The notes below the pieces were generated by a model. The model was not told where the DNA came from. It did not search any database and saw only the letters and a program-made list of their open reading frames with translations. From the sequence record SRR20825019_1453: a stretch of 64,000 bases of DNA. One strand, written 5' to 3'. The translations under genes and the position numbers were made by a program. Within the stretch, counting starts at the first letter, position 1; every line of letters starts with the position of its first letter. Positions 40,060 to 51,800 of this stretch are shown piece after piece.

Positions 40060-40758
40060 TCAGTCTTCCTTCACAATTAATTTAAAGCCTTTACCGTGAA
40101 CATTCATAATTTCTATGTTCTCGTCTTCGCGGAGTGCTTTTCTTAGTTTGGCGATGTAAACATCCATACTTCTCCCGTTGAAATAGTTGTCATCGCCCCA
40201 AATAGCGCGCAAAGCCGCTTGTCTATCTAAGATTTCATTTTCGTTTTTAACCAATAACGAAAGAAGTTGATTCTCTTTTGTCGTTAGTTTCTTCTTTTCA
40301 TCTGCCAAGTGAAGTACACGAAGCTCTGGCTCATATTTAATTTTACCTATGAACTGCTCAACTCTCTCGCCTTTTTCCTTTTCTGATCGACGAAGAATCG
40401 CAGTAATCCGAGCAACCAACTCTTCCATGGAAAATGGTTTCGTAAGGTAATCGTCGGCACCAATAGCAAAACCAGCCAGTTTGTCTTCTTGCATCGATTT
40501 AGCTGTAAGGAAAAGAATAGGAATCTTTCGGTCGAGTTCTCGAATTTCTTTTGCGAGCGTAAATCCATCCATTTCTGGCATCATCACGTCGAAAATGCAG
40601 AAATCAAATGTCTTTTCGTTAAAACGCTCAAATGCAATTTTACCATTTTGAGCAAGTGATACATCGAATCCTTTGGATCGCAGAAAGGTTTGTAATAGTT
40701 GTCCCAGGTTCAGATCATCTTCTGCAAGGAGTATAGCCGTTTTGTTTTCCATAGTCAT
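40060..40758 (-). CDS. rprY: OmpR-family response regulator (RprY-like)
   Basis: AEDD, DVMMP and DDYLTKPF receiver motifs; IWGDDNYFNGRSMDVYI winged helix. Confidence 0.85.
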   Translation of the reverse strand: MTMENKTAILLAEDDLNLGQLLQTFLRSKGFDVSLAQNGKIAFERFNEKTFDFCIFDVMMPEMDGFTLAKEIRELDRKIPILFLTAKSMQEDKLAGFAIGADDYLTKPFSMEELVARITAILRRSEKEKGERVEQFIGKIKYEPELRVLHLADEKKKLTTKENQLLSLLVKNENEILDRQAALRAIWGDDNYFNGRSMDVYIAKLRKALREDENIEIMNVHGKGFKLIVKED

Positions 40759-42371
40759 TCTTTAATCGTGAGTGTAAATTCAGTACCGATCCCATATTTG
40801 CTTTTTACTTGAATCTGCCAATCATGTATTTCAGCGATTGCTTTAACATAACTTAGACCAAGACCAAAGCCTTTAACATTATGAACGTTTCCAGTAGGAA
40901 TACGATACAACTTGTCAAATATTTTAGACAGGTGCTCTTTTTTTATTCCAATGCCCTTATCAGCTACTGTAAGATAGACTTTTTTATGTTCATATTTTAA
41001 GGCTACAGAAACGTCTGGTTCGCCATTACTATACTTTACAGCGTTGTCTACAAGGTTGGAAATTAGGTTTGTAATATGCATTCTATCTCCAGTAACTTCA
41101 ATCGCATCGGGAGGCAAATCCAGATGTATTGATCCACCAGAGCCAGTGATTCTAAATTTGGCATTGTTAACCACATTGTTAATTACTTCAGTGAGATTTA
41201 CTTTTTCTTGTTGAAGTTTTATATCGCCACGGTCTAAGGTTGCGCTTTGCAGAATTCGTTCTACTAGAAGACTTAACCGTTGATTTTCGTCATTAATCAT
41301 GTTCACATACGGCTGCGTTGTACTGGATTCAGACTTTCCAACCATGTCGCTGTCGTTCATTGCTTGACACGCTAATGAAATTGTAGAGATTGGAGTTTTG
41401 AACTCGTGCGTCATATTTGAGATGAAATCGTTTTTCATTTCCGAGAGCTTTTTCTGAGTAAGAATAGTCTTGAACATGAATAGAAGTGCCACAAATATGA
41501 GAAGCATTAATGCTAGGTTAACAGCCAATGGCGCCCACATCTCTCCATACAAAAAGCTCTTTTGCTTGGGAAATGACAGGAAGAGGTATAAATCTTCATC
41601 GAGCGAATTACTTGGGAAAAGTAAGGTTGAATGACTATTCGCAGTATCAATTTCGAGGTTGTAATTTGACGGAGCATTTTTAAACGAGATCGGATTTTGA
41701 TACTCATCCGTAATTACAAATTGATAGGTGTTCGGGAGCTTATCGTCATTCAGCTCTGTACGAAGAACGGAATCCAAAAAGCGTAAATCAACCCGCTGTT
41801 CTGGATTTTTGTAAATGTTGCTTTTAAACGCCTCGAGCATCATTTCATTTACAAATTGTGCTTTCTTGAAGATTTCCTGAACAACTCGTTGATCCAATTG
41901 AATGGCAAGATCAATTGAATCCTGTGGAACTTTAGAAGGTTCGTTTTGAAATAAATCACGCAGTTTACGAACATCTCTCGCCAATACTTCTTGGGAGGCG
42001 CTCAATCCTGAAATTGAATCGTAAGTCTTTCCTTTTATTACTAGGTAATTTTGAAGTTCACCAGCTCGGAAAATTGCCGTGTCTCGAATGGAAATGGATT
42101 CTTTTGCAGAAAGCATGTTCTGAAACTCTTCCTTCAAGATGTCTTTATAACGACCACTAAAGTTTTTGTCTGCAACATTCATGTATCTACGAATGTCTTC
42201 TGCTTTTTCATGCCTAAGAGCAATTCGCTCCATAGAAGTTGAGAATCGTTTAGCGAATTCACTCGATTTTCTGTCGTAAAGTTGGGAAGTTTGAAACGCT
42301 TGAATAAATAGCAACGCGACCATTGCGACAACTACCAACACTAAAATAAAATGAACTCGTATCCTCTTCAC
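40755..42371 (-). CDS. rprX: Sensor histidine kinase (RprX-like)
   Basis: Two TM segments; H-box NMTHEFKTP; NLVDNAVKY, DKGIG and GFGLGL. Confidence 0.82.
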   Translation of the reverse strand: MKRIRVHFILVLVVVAMVALLFIQAFQTSQLYDRKSSEFAKRFSTSMERIALRHEKAEDIRRYMNVADKNFSGRYKDILKEEFQNMLSAKESISIRDTAIFRAGELQNYLVIKGKTYDSISGLSASQEVLARDVRKLRDLFQNEPSKVPQDSIDLAIQLDQRVVQEIFKKAQFVNEMMLEAFKSNIYKNPEQRVDLRFLDSVLRTELNDDKLPNTYQFVITDEYQNPISFKNAPSNYNLEIDTANSHSTLLFPSNSLDEDLYLFLSFPKQKSFLYGEMWAPLAVNLALMLLIFVALLFMFKTILTQKKLSEMKNDFISNMTHEFKTPISTISLACQAMNDSDMVGKSESSTTQPYVNMINDENQRLSLLVERILQSATLDRGDIKLQQEKVNLTEVINNVVNNAKFRITGSGGSIHLDLPPDAIEVTGDRMHITNLISNLVDNAVKYSNGEPDVSVALKYEHKKVYLTVADKGIGIKKEHLSKIFDKLYRIPTGNVHNVKGFGLGLSYVKAIAEIHDWQIQVKSKYGIGTEFTLTIKE

Positions 42372-42542
42372 TAACTCAGATTTGCAAACTAATGTAGTCG
42401 AAACACGTGTTCTTGCGCTAGAGCTTAACTTTTTTTAACTAAGGTGTAAACACGGAAGTTGCGTCTATGGAGTTTAATCAGATGACCCAAACAAGGATAA
42501 ATCAAACTCAATAAAGGTTCATAAGTTGTTTTGAGATGAGGT

Positions 42543-43064
42543 CTAAAAAAGTCTTCTTACTTGATGGAAGCGTTGCGCATACCAAGGAGAATCTAGAGAA
42601 GAAATGACCACACCACCGTTTTTTCTGGAACTCGAGCAATGGATGAATTTAATTCCCTCAGCACCATTTTCGATTACTATTCCAACATGACCAATGGTCT
42701 TACTTCCTTTGGTTGTTCCAACGAATAAAATACAATCGCCGACTTGTGCTTCTTTGCGATCTACAAATTCACCTATGTCAGCATATCCTCTTGAAGTACG
42801 ACATTTTGTAACGTCAAAATTGCTGTACACATAAGAAGTAAACCCTGAACAGTCAAAGCTGACATTCGGATTACTGGTAGCATATCGATAAGGTGTTCCT
42901 AGCTGTTTTTTGGCGAACTCAATGATTGAATCTGCCTTTAACTGACGAGAGTTAATCTCCGTATTGAGAGCGGTAACAACACTGTCGTTGTTTGCTTTAA
43001 GGGAATCTTGAGCTTGTAACCCCCAGGAAATTAATGCAAGAAAAGAAATGAGGAGGATTTTCAT
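42543..43064 (-). CDS. NlpC/P60 (C40) cell-wall peptidase
   Basis: Signal peptide; LGTPY, FDCSGF, HVGI and FIH motifs. Confidence 0.92.
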   Translation of the reverse strand: MKILLISFLALISWGLQAQDSLKANNDSVVTALNTEINSRQLKADSIIEFAKKQLGTPYRYATSNPNVSFDCSGFTSYVYSNFDVTKCRTSRGYADIGEFVDRKEAQVGDCILFVGTTKGSKTIGHVGIVIENGAEGIKFIHCSSSRKNGGVVISSLDSPWYAQRFHQVRRLF

Positions 43065-43195
43065 GATGCAAAATTAGACTATTTATTTCTGACGCTGAGA
43101 AATTTAACTTCTTTTTGAATATTTATAACTCAAGAGAGATCTTTCTGTTACACTGAACACGATTTTTCTCCTTTGAACGTTGTACTTTCGTGAAG

Positions 43196-46100
43196 ATGTC
43201 TTGGCTTCGGCGATTTTTGTTGATGATTCTACTATTGATCATTCCTTATTTTGGGATGAGTCAACTTTCGAACTTGAGAGAGAAAACCGTCGCGTGGAAC
43301 GATACGATTCAGCTCGATACCTTGACGATTTACCCAAATTCATTTGAGATTTCTTGTGGCAATGTGGTGATGGATGCGGCCAGTTACAAGCTCGATTACG
43401 CCAGAGCACGTCTGCTTTTACTCGAAAAATGCACGGATTCGATAAATGTGCGCTATCGAGTTTTACCGATGGATTTGTCGCACAAGTACTTTTTACGCGA
43501 CACTTCGCTAATTTACACAAGAGATAAGGGAATCCGAGATCGTTTTTTAATTGCTGGAGGAACCCAAACTACGGATATCTTCGGTGGAACGGGACTTACT
43601 AAATCTGGTAGTATTTCGCGAGGAATCTCGTTTGGAAATAATCAAGACTTGGGTGTAAACTCTACGCTAAACCTAGAGCTATCGGGACAAATCGCGCCAA
43701 ACCTAAAGTTACTAGCTTCGGTTTCGGATGATAATTTACCGATTCAACCACAAGGAAACACAAATACTTTACGTGAGTTTGACCAAGTATTTATCCAAGT
43801 TTACAATGATCAGTTGAAGCTAATAGCGGGAGATTTTTGGCTTTATAAACCGTCTGGTTACTTTATGGTGTATAAAAAGCGCGCACAAGGATTAACGGTC
43901 AACTATGCGTGGCAGGCAGATTCGAATCGCGTATGGAAAACCCAAGCGAGTGGAGCATTATCGCGAGGTAAATTTCAGCGACAAATTATCCAGGGAGTGG
44001 AAGGAAATCAAGGTCCATATCGATTACAAGGAGCGCAAAACGAACAGTTCATTATTGTCCTCTCAGGAACTGAACGGGTGTATATTGACGGAAGACTTGT
44101 TGAACGTGGGCAGGAGTTTGATTATGTGATCGACTACAATACTTCAGAAGTAACATTCACTGCTCGAAATCAAATTACCAAGGATTCGAGAATCGTGATT
44201 GAGTTTCAGTATTCTGATCAGAATTACGCGCGTTCTTTGATGCAATCTTCGACAACCTTCGAATCTAAGCGACTGAAATTCTGGATCAATGGTTATTCTG
44301 AACAAGATGCGAAGAATCAAACGCTGCAGCAAGAATTGTCTTTGAGTCAACGGAAACGACTTTCGGAAATTGGTGATTCAGTGGACTTAGCGAGAATTTC
44401 AAGCATCGATTCAATTGGCTATTTTGAAAATCAGAACCTCTACAAATTAATCGATTCGTTGGGTGTGGACTCCGTTCTTGTACATTCCGTAAATCCTGAT
44501 TCAGCGTTTTATCGGGCAACGTTCCAGTTTGTTGGACAAGGAAAGGGTGATTATGTCTTTAGCAATTTTAACGCGCTTGGAAAAGTATTCAAATGGGTGG
44601 CGCCAGTTGCTGGAATTCCCCAAGGAGATTACGAACCTTCACGATTAATAGTTACTCCACAGCAAAGACAAATGGTGACGTCAGGTGTAGAAATTCGCTT
44701 ATCGAAAGTGCTAAAATTGGAAACGGAATTGGCGTATTCGAAGCTTGATCTAAATACATTTTCACCTTTTGATCGAAAAGATGATAAAAGCTTTGGAGCG
44801 ATTAGTAGGTTGATCGGCGATATTCCATTGTCACGAGATTCTTTACCCAATTGGAAGTTGAGAACAAAAGTAGAGATTGAAGCACGAGACCGGTTCTTTT
44901 CACCGATTGAACAATACCGATCCGTAGAGTTTGATCGCGATTGGAATGTTAGAAATAAAGGATACACGGGAAATCAGGTAGCCTCAGTTCTCGGAACCAA
45001 TTTCATTCACCGAAAATATGGGAATTTGAATCTTGAAGGACAACATTATGTAATTGGTGGCGATTATCAGGGAATGCGTGCTGCAAGTGATGGGAAATGG
45101 AAGCAGAAGGGATTTTCAGCGAGTTGGGATGGAAGTTTTTTGTCCAGTAAAACCGCAGAACTTAATGAGTATTTACGACATCGGGCAGAAATCTCCCAAC
45201 AAGTCGGTTGGTTTAAGTTTGGATACAAAGACGATCACGAGTTAAATAAATTCCGAACAACACTTCTTCAACCTTCGAGTTATCAGTTTTTTGATTACCA
45301 ATTTTTTGTTGCCAATAGTGATTCTATTAAAAATAATTACAAGCTGTTTTACCGCGAACGATATGATCAACGCTCTGATAGCAGCTCACTTGTCAATGTT
45401 GCAAAAGCGACTTCGATTGGTGGTGAAGTGAGTTTCACAGAATGGAAAAATCAACGACTTACCGTTTTGTCGAGTTACCGTGAACTGAAAATTCTGGACA
45501 ATCAATTAATTAATCAAACTCCAGAAAATACATTGTTGGGTCGAATAGAATATGAATTGAGAGCCTTTAAAAGTGCCATAACGGTGAATAATTTTTACGA
45601 AGTTGGATCAGGTCTTGAGTTGAAACGAGAATTTCTCTACGTTAAAGTTAACGACGGTCAGGGAGTGTACACTTGGATAGATTACAACGGAGATGGAATA
45701 AAAGATTTGAATGAATTTGAGATCGCTCAGTTTGTGGACCAAGCGAGTTATATCCGCGTGTTTACGCCAAGTAACGAATACGTTCAAACTTATTCAAATG
45801 AGTTTAATCAGTCTGTTTATTGGAGGCCAGAACGATTGTGGGCGAACAAAAAAGGAGCGTTGGGTGTAGTTGCTCGTTTTTCAGATCAGGCGCGACTTCG
45901 CGTAAACAGAAAAACAAATCTGTTCAATGTAAACGAGGCGTTCAATCCATTTTCTGGCGTCATAGAAGATTCTAACTTGATTGCCACAAATTCAAACATT
46001 AGGAATACGCTCTTTTTTAATCGAACGTCGAGCATTGTTAACGCGGAATATACATTTCAAAATACAGTCGGAAAAACACTCTTGGCGAATGGATTCGATT

Positions 46101-46633
46101 CCCGATTTGAGCAATTCAATGAAATCGCCGTTCGATGGAACATTAAAAGAAAATTTACCATTGAAACGACAATTAAGGATGGCGTAAAGAATGCAGAGGC
46201 CGATTACACATCAGGAAGAAACTTTAGGTTGTCATATTCTTCGTTAGAGCCTAGCTTTATTTATCAGCCATCAACGGTTTTTAGAATTACGTTAGACGCT
46301 CGACTTTCGGAAAAATCAAACGCAGAAGAACTCGGTGGGGAAGTGGCAAAAGTTTCCGAATTGGGTTCAACGTTTAAATACAACCAAGCTCAAAAAGGAA
46401 GTTTGCAAGGAGGTTTCAAAATGATTTCTATCGATTATGATGGTGTGCAAAATTCAGCATTGGGTTTCGAAATGCTTGAAGCACTGAAACCTGGAGTGAA
46501 TTTCACTTGGAATGTGGGGTATCAGCGCTCACTTTCGAATAGCTTACAATTGTCGATTTTATACAACGGTAGAAAATCCGAAGCAAGTAGATTCATTCAT
46601 TCAGGAGGAATGGAAATCAGAGCATTTTTTTAA
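43196..46633 (+). CDS. Large hypothetical outer-membrane beta-barrel-like protein
   Basis: Signal peptide; extensive alternating beta pattern; C-terminal Phe (MEIRAFF). ORF track starts at 43190; the ATG at 43196 is preferred. Confidence 0.75.
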   Translation: MSWLRRFLLMILLLIIPYFGMSQLSNLREKTVAWNDTIQLDTLTIYPNSFEISCGNVVMDAASYKLDYARARLLLLEKCTDSINVRYRVLPMDLSHKYFLRDTSLIYTRDKGIRDRFLIAGGTQTTDIFGGTGLTKSGSISRGISFGNNQDLGVNSTLNLELSGQIAPNLKLLASVSDDNLPIQPQGNTNTLREFDQVFIQVYNDQLKLIAGDFWLYKPSGYFMVYKKRAQGLTVNYAWQADSNRVWKTQASGALSRGKFQRQIIQGVEGNQGPYRLQGAQNEQFIIVLSGTERVYIDGRLVERGQEFDYVIDYNTSEVTFTARNQITKDSRIVIEFQYSDQNYARSLMQSSTTFESKRLKFWINGYSEQDAKNQTLQQELSLSQRKRLSEIGDSVDLARISSIDSIGYFENQNLYKLIDSLGVDSVLVHSVNPDSAFYRATFQFVGQGKGDYVFSNFNALGKVFKWVAPVAGIPQGDYEPSRLIVTPQQRQMVTSGVEIRLSKVLKLETELAYSKLDLNTFSPFDRKDDKSFGAISRLIGDIPLSRDSLPNWKLRTKVEIEARDRFFSPIEQYRSVEFDRDWNVRNKGYTGNQVASVLGTNFIHRKYGNLNLEGQHYVIGGDYQGMRAASDGKWKQKGFSASWDGSFLSSKTAELNEYLRHRAEISQQVGWFKFGYKDDHELNKFRTTLLQPSSYQFFDYQFFVANSDSIKNNYKLFYRERYDQRSDSSSLVNVAKATSIGGEVSFTEWKNQRLTVLSSYRELKILDNQLINQTPENTLLGRIEYELRAFKSAITVNNFYEVGSGLELKREFLYVKVNDGQGVYTWIDYNGDGIKDLNEFEIAQFVDQASYIRVFTPSNEYVQTYSNEFNQSVYWRPERLWANKKGALGVVARFSDQARLRVNRKTNLFNVNEAFNPFSGVIEDSNLIATNSNIRNTLFFNRTSSIVNAEYTFQNTVGKTLLANGFDSRFEQFNEIAVRWNIKRKFTIETTIKDGVKNAEADYTSGRNFRLSYSSLEPSFIYQPSTVFRITLDARLSEKSNAEELGGEVAKVSELGSTFKYNQAQKGSLQGGFKMISIDYDGVQNSALGFEMLEALKPGVNFTWNVGYQRSLSNSLQLSILYNGRKSEASRFIHSGGMEIRAFF

Positions 46634-46729
46634 TGACGACCTCTTCTTAATTGCTTATTTTAGCATCTGCTTAAGTGACTGCACTATATCAATTTCGAGA
46701 ATTGAGCCTCTCCGAGATATATGCTTACT

Positions 46730-48814
46730 ATGAAACGACGGTCGATAATCATTTTATTTTTTTCACTTTTTAGTTCACTCTGCGAGCTAAACGCGCAAGA
46801 TGTGCTTGTTGTAGATGAGTCGCAAAGTAATCTTGGAAAAACGATCGCCAATCAATTTTCCATTTATGAGGTAACGGATAATTCCATGACACCTCGGGAA
46901 TTTCTAAAGAAAAAGTCCAGTTTAACAGCCAGAAAGATAATTCGACCATTAGAGAATTTAGATTTCACGTCTTCGTCATTCTTTATTTATTTCTCTGTCG
47001 AAAACAAATCATTGGACGAACTATCGCTTATTTTAGAGACAGCTCGACCGATAACAAACGAGGTGATTCTTTACAACGTAGAATCGGGACAGAGCTTGTA
47101 TTCTGGTGATGAAATCCCTTTTAACAGAAAGGTAATTCAGTCCAATTATAGTGCTCTGCCGCTTTCAATTGGACCTCAAAGCAAGAATGATTATGTTCTA
47201 AAGATCACGAGTGATGGGGAAAGTGTTCAACTTCCGATAATTTTTTATGCAGCGGATGCTTTTTATGAACGTTCTAGATTGAGCCAATTGCTCTTTGGAA
47301 TATTTATTGGATTTTTTGCCTTCACGATTCTAATTTATACTTCGTTCTACGCGTTATTGAGAGAAATCTTGTTTTTAAAGTACGTGCTTTACGTATTCTT
47401 CACTGGATTTTTGCAATTCTCGCTGGAAGGCTACTTGCATCAATTTATATTTAAAAATGGCGGTTATTTCACGCAACACAGTATTATTCTAGTCGCAGGA
47501 ATGGCGGTGTTGTTAGCGCTTTATTATGGTTCGTCCTACTTGAAACTGCAAGGAACAAAACGTCGAATCGCACGAGGAATATCTATCGGCGTAGGAATCG
47601 TGATGCTCATTTCTTTATTCGACGGTGCGCTCTATGAACTAGCGTTCCCTTTGATTAACCTACTGAGCTTTATCGGAATGGTTTTCATCTTATCCGTAGC
47701 AATCGTATTGCGTAAAAAGCAAGAAGTGGATCAACTCTTTATCATTGGCTTGAGTTGTTTGGTAACTGGTGGTCTCATTTTTGTTCTTGGAAATGTTGGG
47801 GTGATCAATTCTCCTAAATTTACTCAGCCCGCTTTGAATGTTGGGACACTTACCGAAATTATTTGCTTGTCCATTTTGATGGTCTACCAATATAAAAGGT
47901 TGCAAGCCGACAAAGAAGAAGCACAACAGCAATTGGTTGTTCAACTCGAGCAAACGAATGAATTGTTGGAGTTAGAAGTGGTAGAAAGAACGAAAGAGTT
48001 GAATGAACAACGACTACTGTTGAAGCAGAGAAATGAAGATTTTGTGGCAAGTGTAACGTATGCACAACGAATTCAACGAGCGGTGCTTTCGGATGAAGGG
48101 AAACTTCAGGACTTCCTTCCAGAATCATTTGTTTTCTTTCGACCAAAGGACATTGTAAGTGGTGACTTCTTTTGGATAGATAAAATTCCAGCAACGGAGA
48201 GATGGCCAAAAGGCTTAATTATTTATGCAACAGTCGATTGTACGGGACATGGAGTTCCTGGTGCCTTTGTGAGTATTATTGGGAATCACCTTCTCGAAAT
48301 GTGTAAGATCAATGTAGATGTTCAAAATCCAGGAGAAGCACTCGATTTCCTAAATAGAGAAATAAATAAAAGTCTCAACTCTAAGTATGGCTTCGAAAAA
48401 TTAAGAGACGGAATGGATTTGACGCTGTGTGCACTTGATCTTCATGCGATGAAATTGTACTTCGCGGGAGCAAAAAATGCTGCGTACGTGGTTCGTAACA
48501 AAGAACTCATTGAACTCAAAGGAGATCGAAAACCGATCGGATTTGACGATAACGAAGTAACCTCAGGGTTCAGAACTACAGAATTGACTATTGAAAAAGG
48601 AGACATGATTTATACGTTTAGCGACGGATATGCCGATCAATTCGGTGGACCATTGTCTAAAAAATTCATGGTGAAACAACTCAAAGAACTCCTCAAGGAG
48701 CAATCCGAAGATAAAGTCTCAAACCAAATGTTGACAATTGAATCAGCATTTGATACCTGGAAAGGCGACAATGATCAAATTGATGACGTTTTACTCATTG
48801 GAGTGAGGGTCTGA
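46730..48814 (+). CDS. 7TM-DISM receptor fused to a SpoIIE/PP2C-type phosphatase
   Basis: Periplasmic domain, seven TM segments and a coiled coil, then VSGDFFW, DCTGHGVPGA, DGMD, SDGYADQ and DD motifs. Confidence 0.9.
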   Translation: MKRRSIIILFFSLFSSLCELNAQDVLVVDESQSNLGKTIANQFSIYEVTDNSMTPREFLKKKSSLTARKIIRPLENLDFTSSSFFIYFSVENKSLDELSLILETARPITNEVILYNVESGQSLYSGDEIPFNRKVIQSNYSALPLSIGPQSKNDYVLKITSDGESVQLPIIFYAADAFYERSRLSQLLFGIFIGFFAFTILIYTSFYALLREILFLKYVLYVFFTGFLQFSLEGYLHQFIFKNGGYFTQHSIILVAGMAVLLALYYGSSYLKLQGTKRRIARGISIGVGIVMLISLFDGALYELAFPLINLLSFIGMVFILSVAIVLRKKQEVDQLFIIGLSCLVTGGLIFVLGNVGVINSPKFTQPALNVGTLTEIICLSILMVYQYKRLQADKEEAQQQLVVQLEQTNELLELEVVERTKELNEQRLLLKQRNEDFVASVTYAQRIQRAVLSDEGKLQDFLPESFVFFRPKDIVSGDFFWIDKIPATERWPKGLIIYATVDCTGHGVPGAFVSIIGNHLLEMCKINVDVQNPGEALDFLNREINKSLNSKYGFEKLRDGMDLTLCALDLHAMKLYFAGAKNAAYVVRNKELIELKGDRKPIGFDDNEVTSGFRTTELTIEKGDMIYTFSDGYADQFGGPLSKKFMVKQLKELLKEQSEDKVSNQMLTIESAFDTWKGDNDQIDDVLLIGVRV

Positions 48815-48892
48815 ACGATTTAATCAATTAATTGTACAATAGATTGTTCTGCCTAGCAGAATGCCTAAATTTGAGTACAATAAAAAAGCGCG

Positions 48893-51800
48893 ATGATGGT
48901 AAAATGGTTGAGTATTATAATTATACTGCTTACAACGGGATGGGCAATGAGTCAGAATTCTAGACAAGAAGTTCTTGAGCTTTACGACTTCAACAAGGAT
49001 TGGAAAACCGTCGATTCATTAGAAAATGAAGGGCTTTATCGTCAGGCTTTGGAAAAAGTCAATCAAATTTTCGATCGAGCTTGTGCAGAAGGACAACATC
49101 CGCAGATAATAAAATCTACGCTTTTCAACCTTAAATACAATTCCAACCTAGAGGAAGAAGATGTTGTGAACAGCATTATTCGTTTGGAAAAAATGATCGG
49201 TGACGCGCCTTCACCATCTAAAGAAATCTTGCATTCGCTCACGGGAGAAGTGCTTTGGAGTTATTACAATCAGCACCGTTGGAAATTTGAGGAAAGAACG
49301 TACGTTGCAGACGCAAACAATACAGATATTAGAACTTGGGATCTCAAACGAATTGTTGAACGCGTAATTTTCCATTATACAAAATCCGTAGCCAATGGAT
49401 CTTTTCTAACTCAGTACAATCTAGCGGATTATACTGAGATTCTTGATGAGGACTTTTCTCCAGAAACATTTCATTCTAGACCGTCGATTTACCATTTTCT
49501 CGCGTACCGAGCAATCGATTTTTATAAGTCAGCTTCTTTTGAAATCCCTGGAGCGGCAGAAACAAAAGCATTAGATGATCCGGCCTTTTTTGGAACTTCA
49601 TCGGAATTCTTGAAATTAGAGATTTCCGGATACCAAGATTCGCTGAATCCAACATTTAAAGCTCTGCAAATTTTCCAGCTTTTGTCGAAGTTACATGAGA
49701 ATGAAAAGAGCAATCAAGCAAAATTTTCAGCAGAATTGGAACGAGTTCTTTTTGTAAATGCAAAAGGCGTAATGTCGAATAAAGACGACTTGTACTATGC
49801 TGCACTCGTGAGAATTGAAAATGAAAACAAGCAAAAAGATTACTCAACCGAGGCGACGTACTTTCGCGCATCTTACCATGCTCAATTGGCGAGTAATTAT
49901 AGCTATATGGACGATACAACCCATCAATGGGAGTATGTAGAAGCGTTAAGATTATGTGACCTTGCGATAAGTACACACAAAGAATCATTTGGAGCAAGAC
50001 AATGTGCGTTTTTAAAAAATGGAATTCTTGCAAAATCATTATCTGTGAGAGGGGTTGAAGCAATTGCTCCTAAAACGCCAACAACGGTTTTCATTGAGTA
50101 CCGAAACACCGACAAGCTTTACATGAAAATAGTTCCGTTTGATCACACACGAAAATTAAGTGGTGAGTTACTCATTCAGGAACTTGAAAAAGCAGATGGA
50201 ATTGTGTCAAAAACGGTTGAACTAAATCTTCCAAATGATCATCAAGTACACTCGACGGAAGTATTATTAGAACCATTGAAAAGTCAATTTTACTATGTGG
50301 TTGTATGCACAGATCCGTCATTTAACATAGAAGGAACAGGGTTTTCTTACATTCCGTTATGGGTGAGTAATATTACCTATCAATCTCGAAGAACAGACGA
50401 TGATCAGAAAATTCTGGTTTCAGATCGAACAAGTGGCGCGCCAATTAAGGGTGCAGAGGTGAGTGTATGGTATACGAAGTATAATTATCTAACGCAGTCC
50501 TATACAGATAAACTTCTCGGGAAATATAAAACAGATGAAAAGGGACTAACATCGTTCAAACCAACAAGTGATGGTAATTCTTACACTGTTTCCGTAAAAG
50601 CAAATGGGGAGGAATATGCACCGTTTTCAGCGTTATATGCATACAGATACAAACACAATCAGAAAAAATCAGAAATTACAACGCTTTTTACAGATCGTAA
50701 AATTTATCGTCCTGGACAATCAATTTACTTCAAAGGAATTATAATTGAGTATGATGGAGACGAAAGAACGCTCGTTAAAAATGCGAAACGAACCGTACAA
50801 TTTTTAGATAATAATTCTCAAGAGATTGGAAAGTTGGAAGTTACATCCAATGATTTTGGATCCTTCGAAGGGACGTTTGAAGCTCCAGTTGGCGTATTGA
50901 CAGGGCACATGAGAATCAGAACGGAAACAGGAAGTACGTATTTTAATGTAGAAGAATACAAACGTCCAAAGTTTTCGGCTGAGATGCTTCCAATTCAGGG
51001 AGAATTCAACTTTTCGGATACCATTCACGCAAAGGGAAGCGCAAAAGCGTATGCAGGAAACGCCATTGATGGAGCTGAAGTATCCTACCGTGTAACAAGA
51101 ACCGTTTCGTACCCAAGATATTATTATTGGTGTGTTTGGTATGGAAATTTTAGTGAGGATGAAATCATTTCTGGGACCACAATCACAAAAGAAGACGGAA
51201 CCTTTGAAATCAATTTTCCAGCGTTGCCAGATGTTACGATCTTGAAAGAACGATCTCCGATGTTTAATTATACCATTTATGCCGATGTAACAGACATTAA
51301 TGGTGAAACGCATTCTACAAGTTCTGTGGTGACTGTTGGATATAAAAGCCTTCAACTTTCAAATAATATCGGAGAGGAGTTGTCTGCGAGCGATGACTTT
51401 ACGCTACGAGTTTACACGACAAACTTGAGTGGAGAATCCGTTAAAGCGAAAGGAAAGCTTACCATTGAGAAACTAGTTTCAAACAACAGAGTTCTTTACG
51501 AACGTTTTTGGCAAGCTCCAGATTTACCACTATTGTCTGAGACTGATTTCAAGAAACAGTTCCCAACTATTCAATTCGGAAATGAGAATGATTGGCATTA
51601 CTGGAAATCAGAAAAGAAGGTTTTCTCAACAGAATTTAATACAGACAAAACAGATTCTATTTTCATCGAAGGATTGAAAAAATGGTCTCCAGGTGTATAT
51701 CGTTACCAAGCAACAGCGATTGATAAAAACGGCGAGGAAGTACTTGATGAGAAGTATTTTGTAGTGTATGACGCTGCTGCGAAAGTAATTCCTGTGAGCG

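Noticed and set aside
50804-51355. Antisense ORFs such as 50804-51355, 30136-30666 and 25576-26028
   Set aside because: They lie opposite well-supported genes and have no motifs; treated as shadow ORFs.
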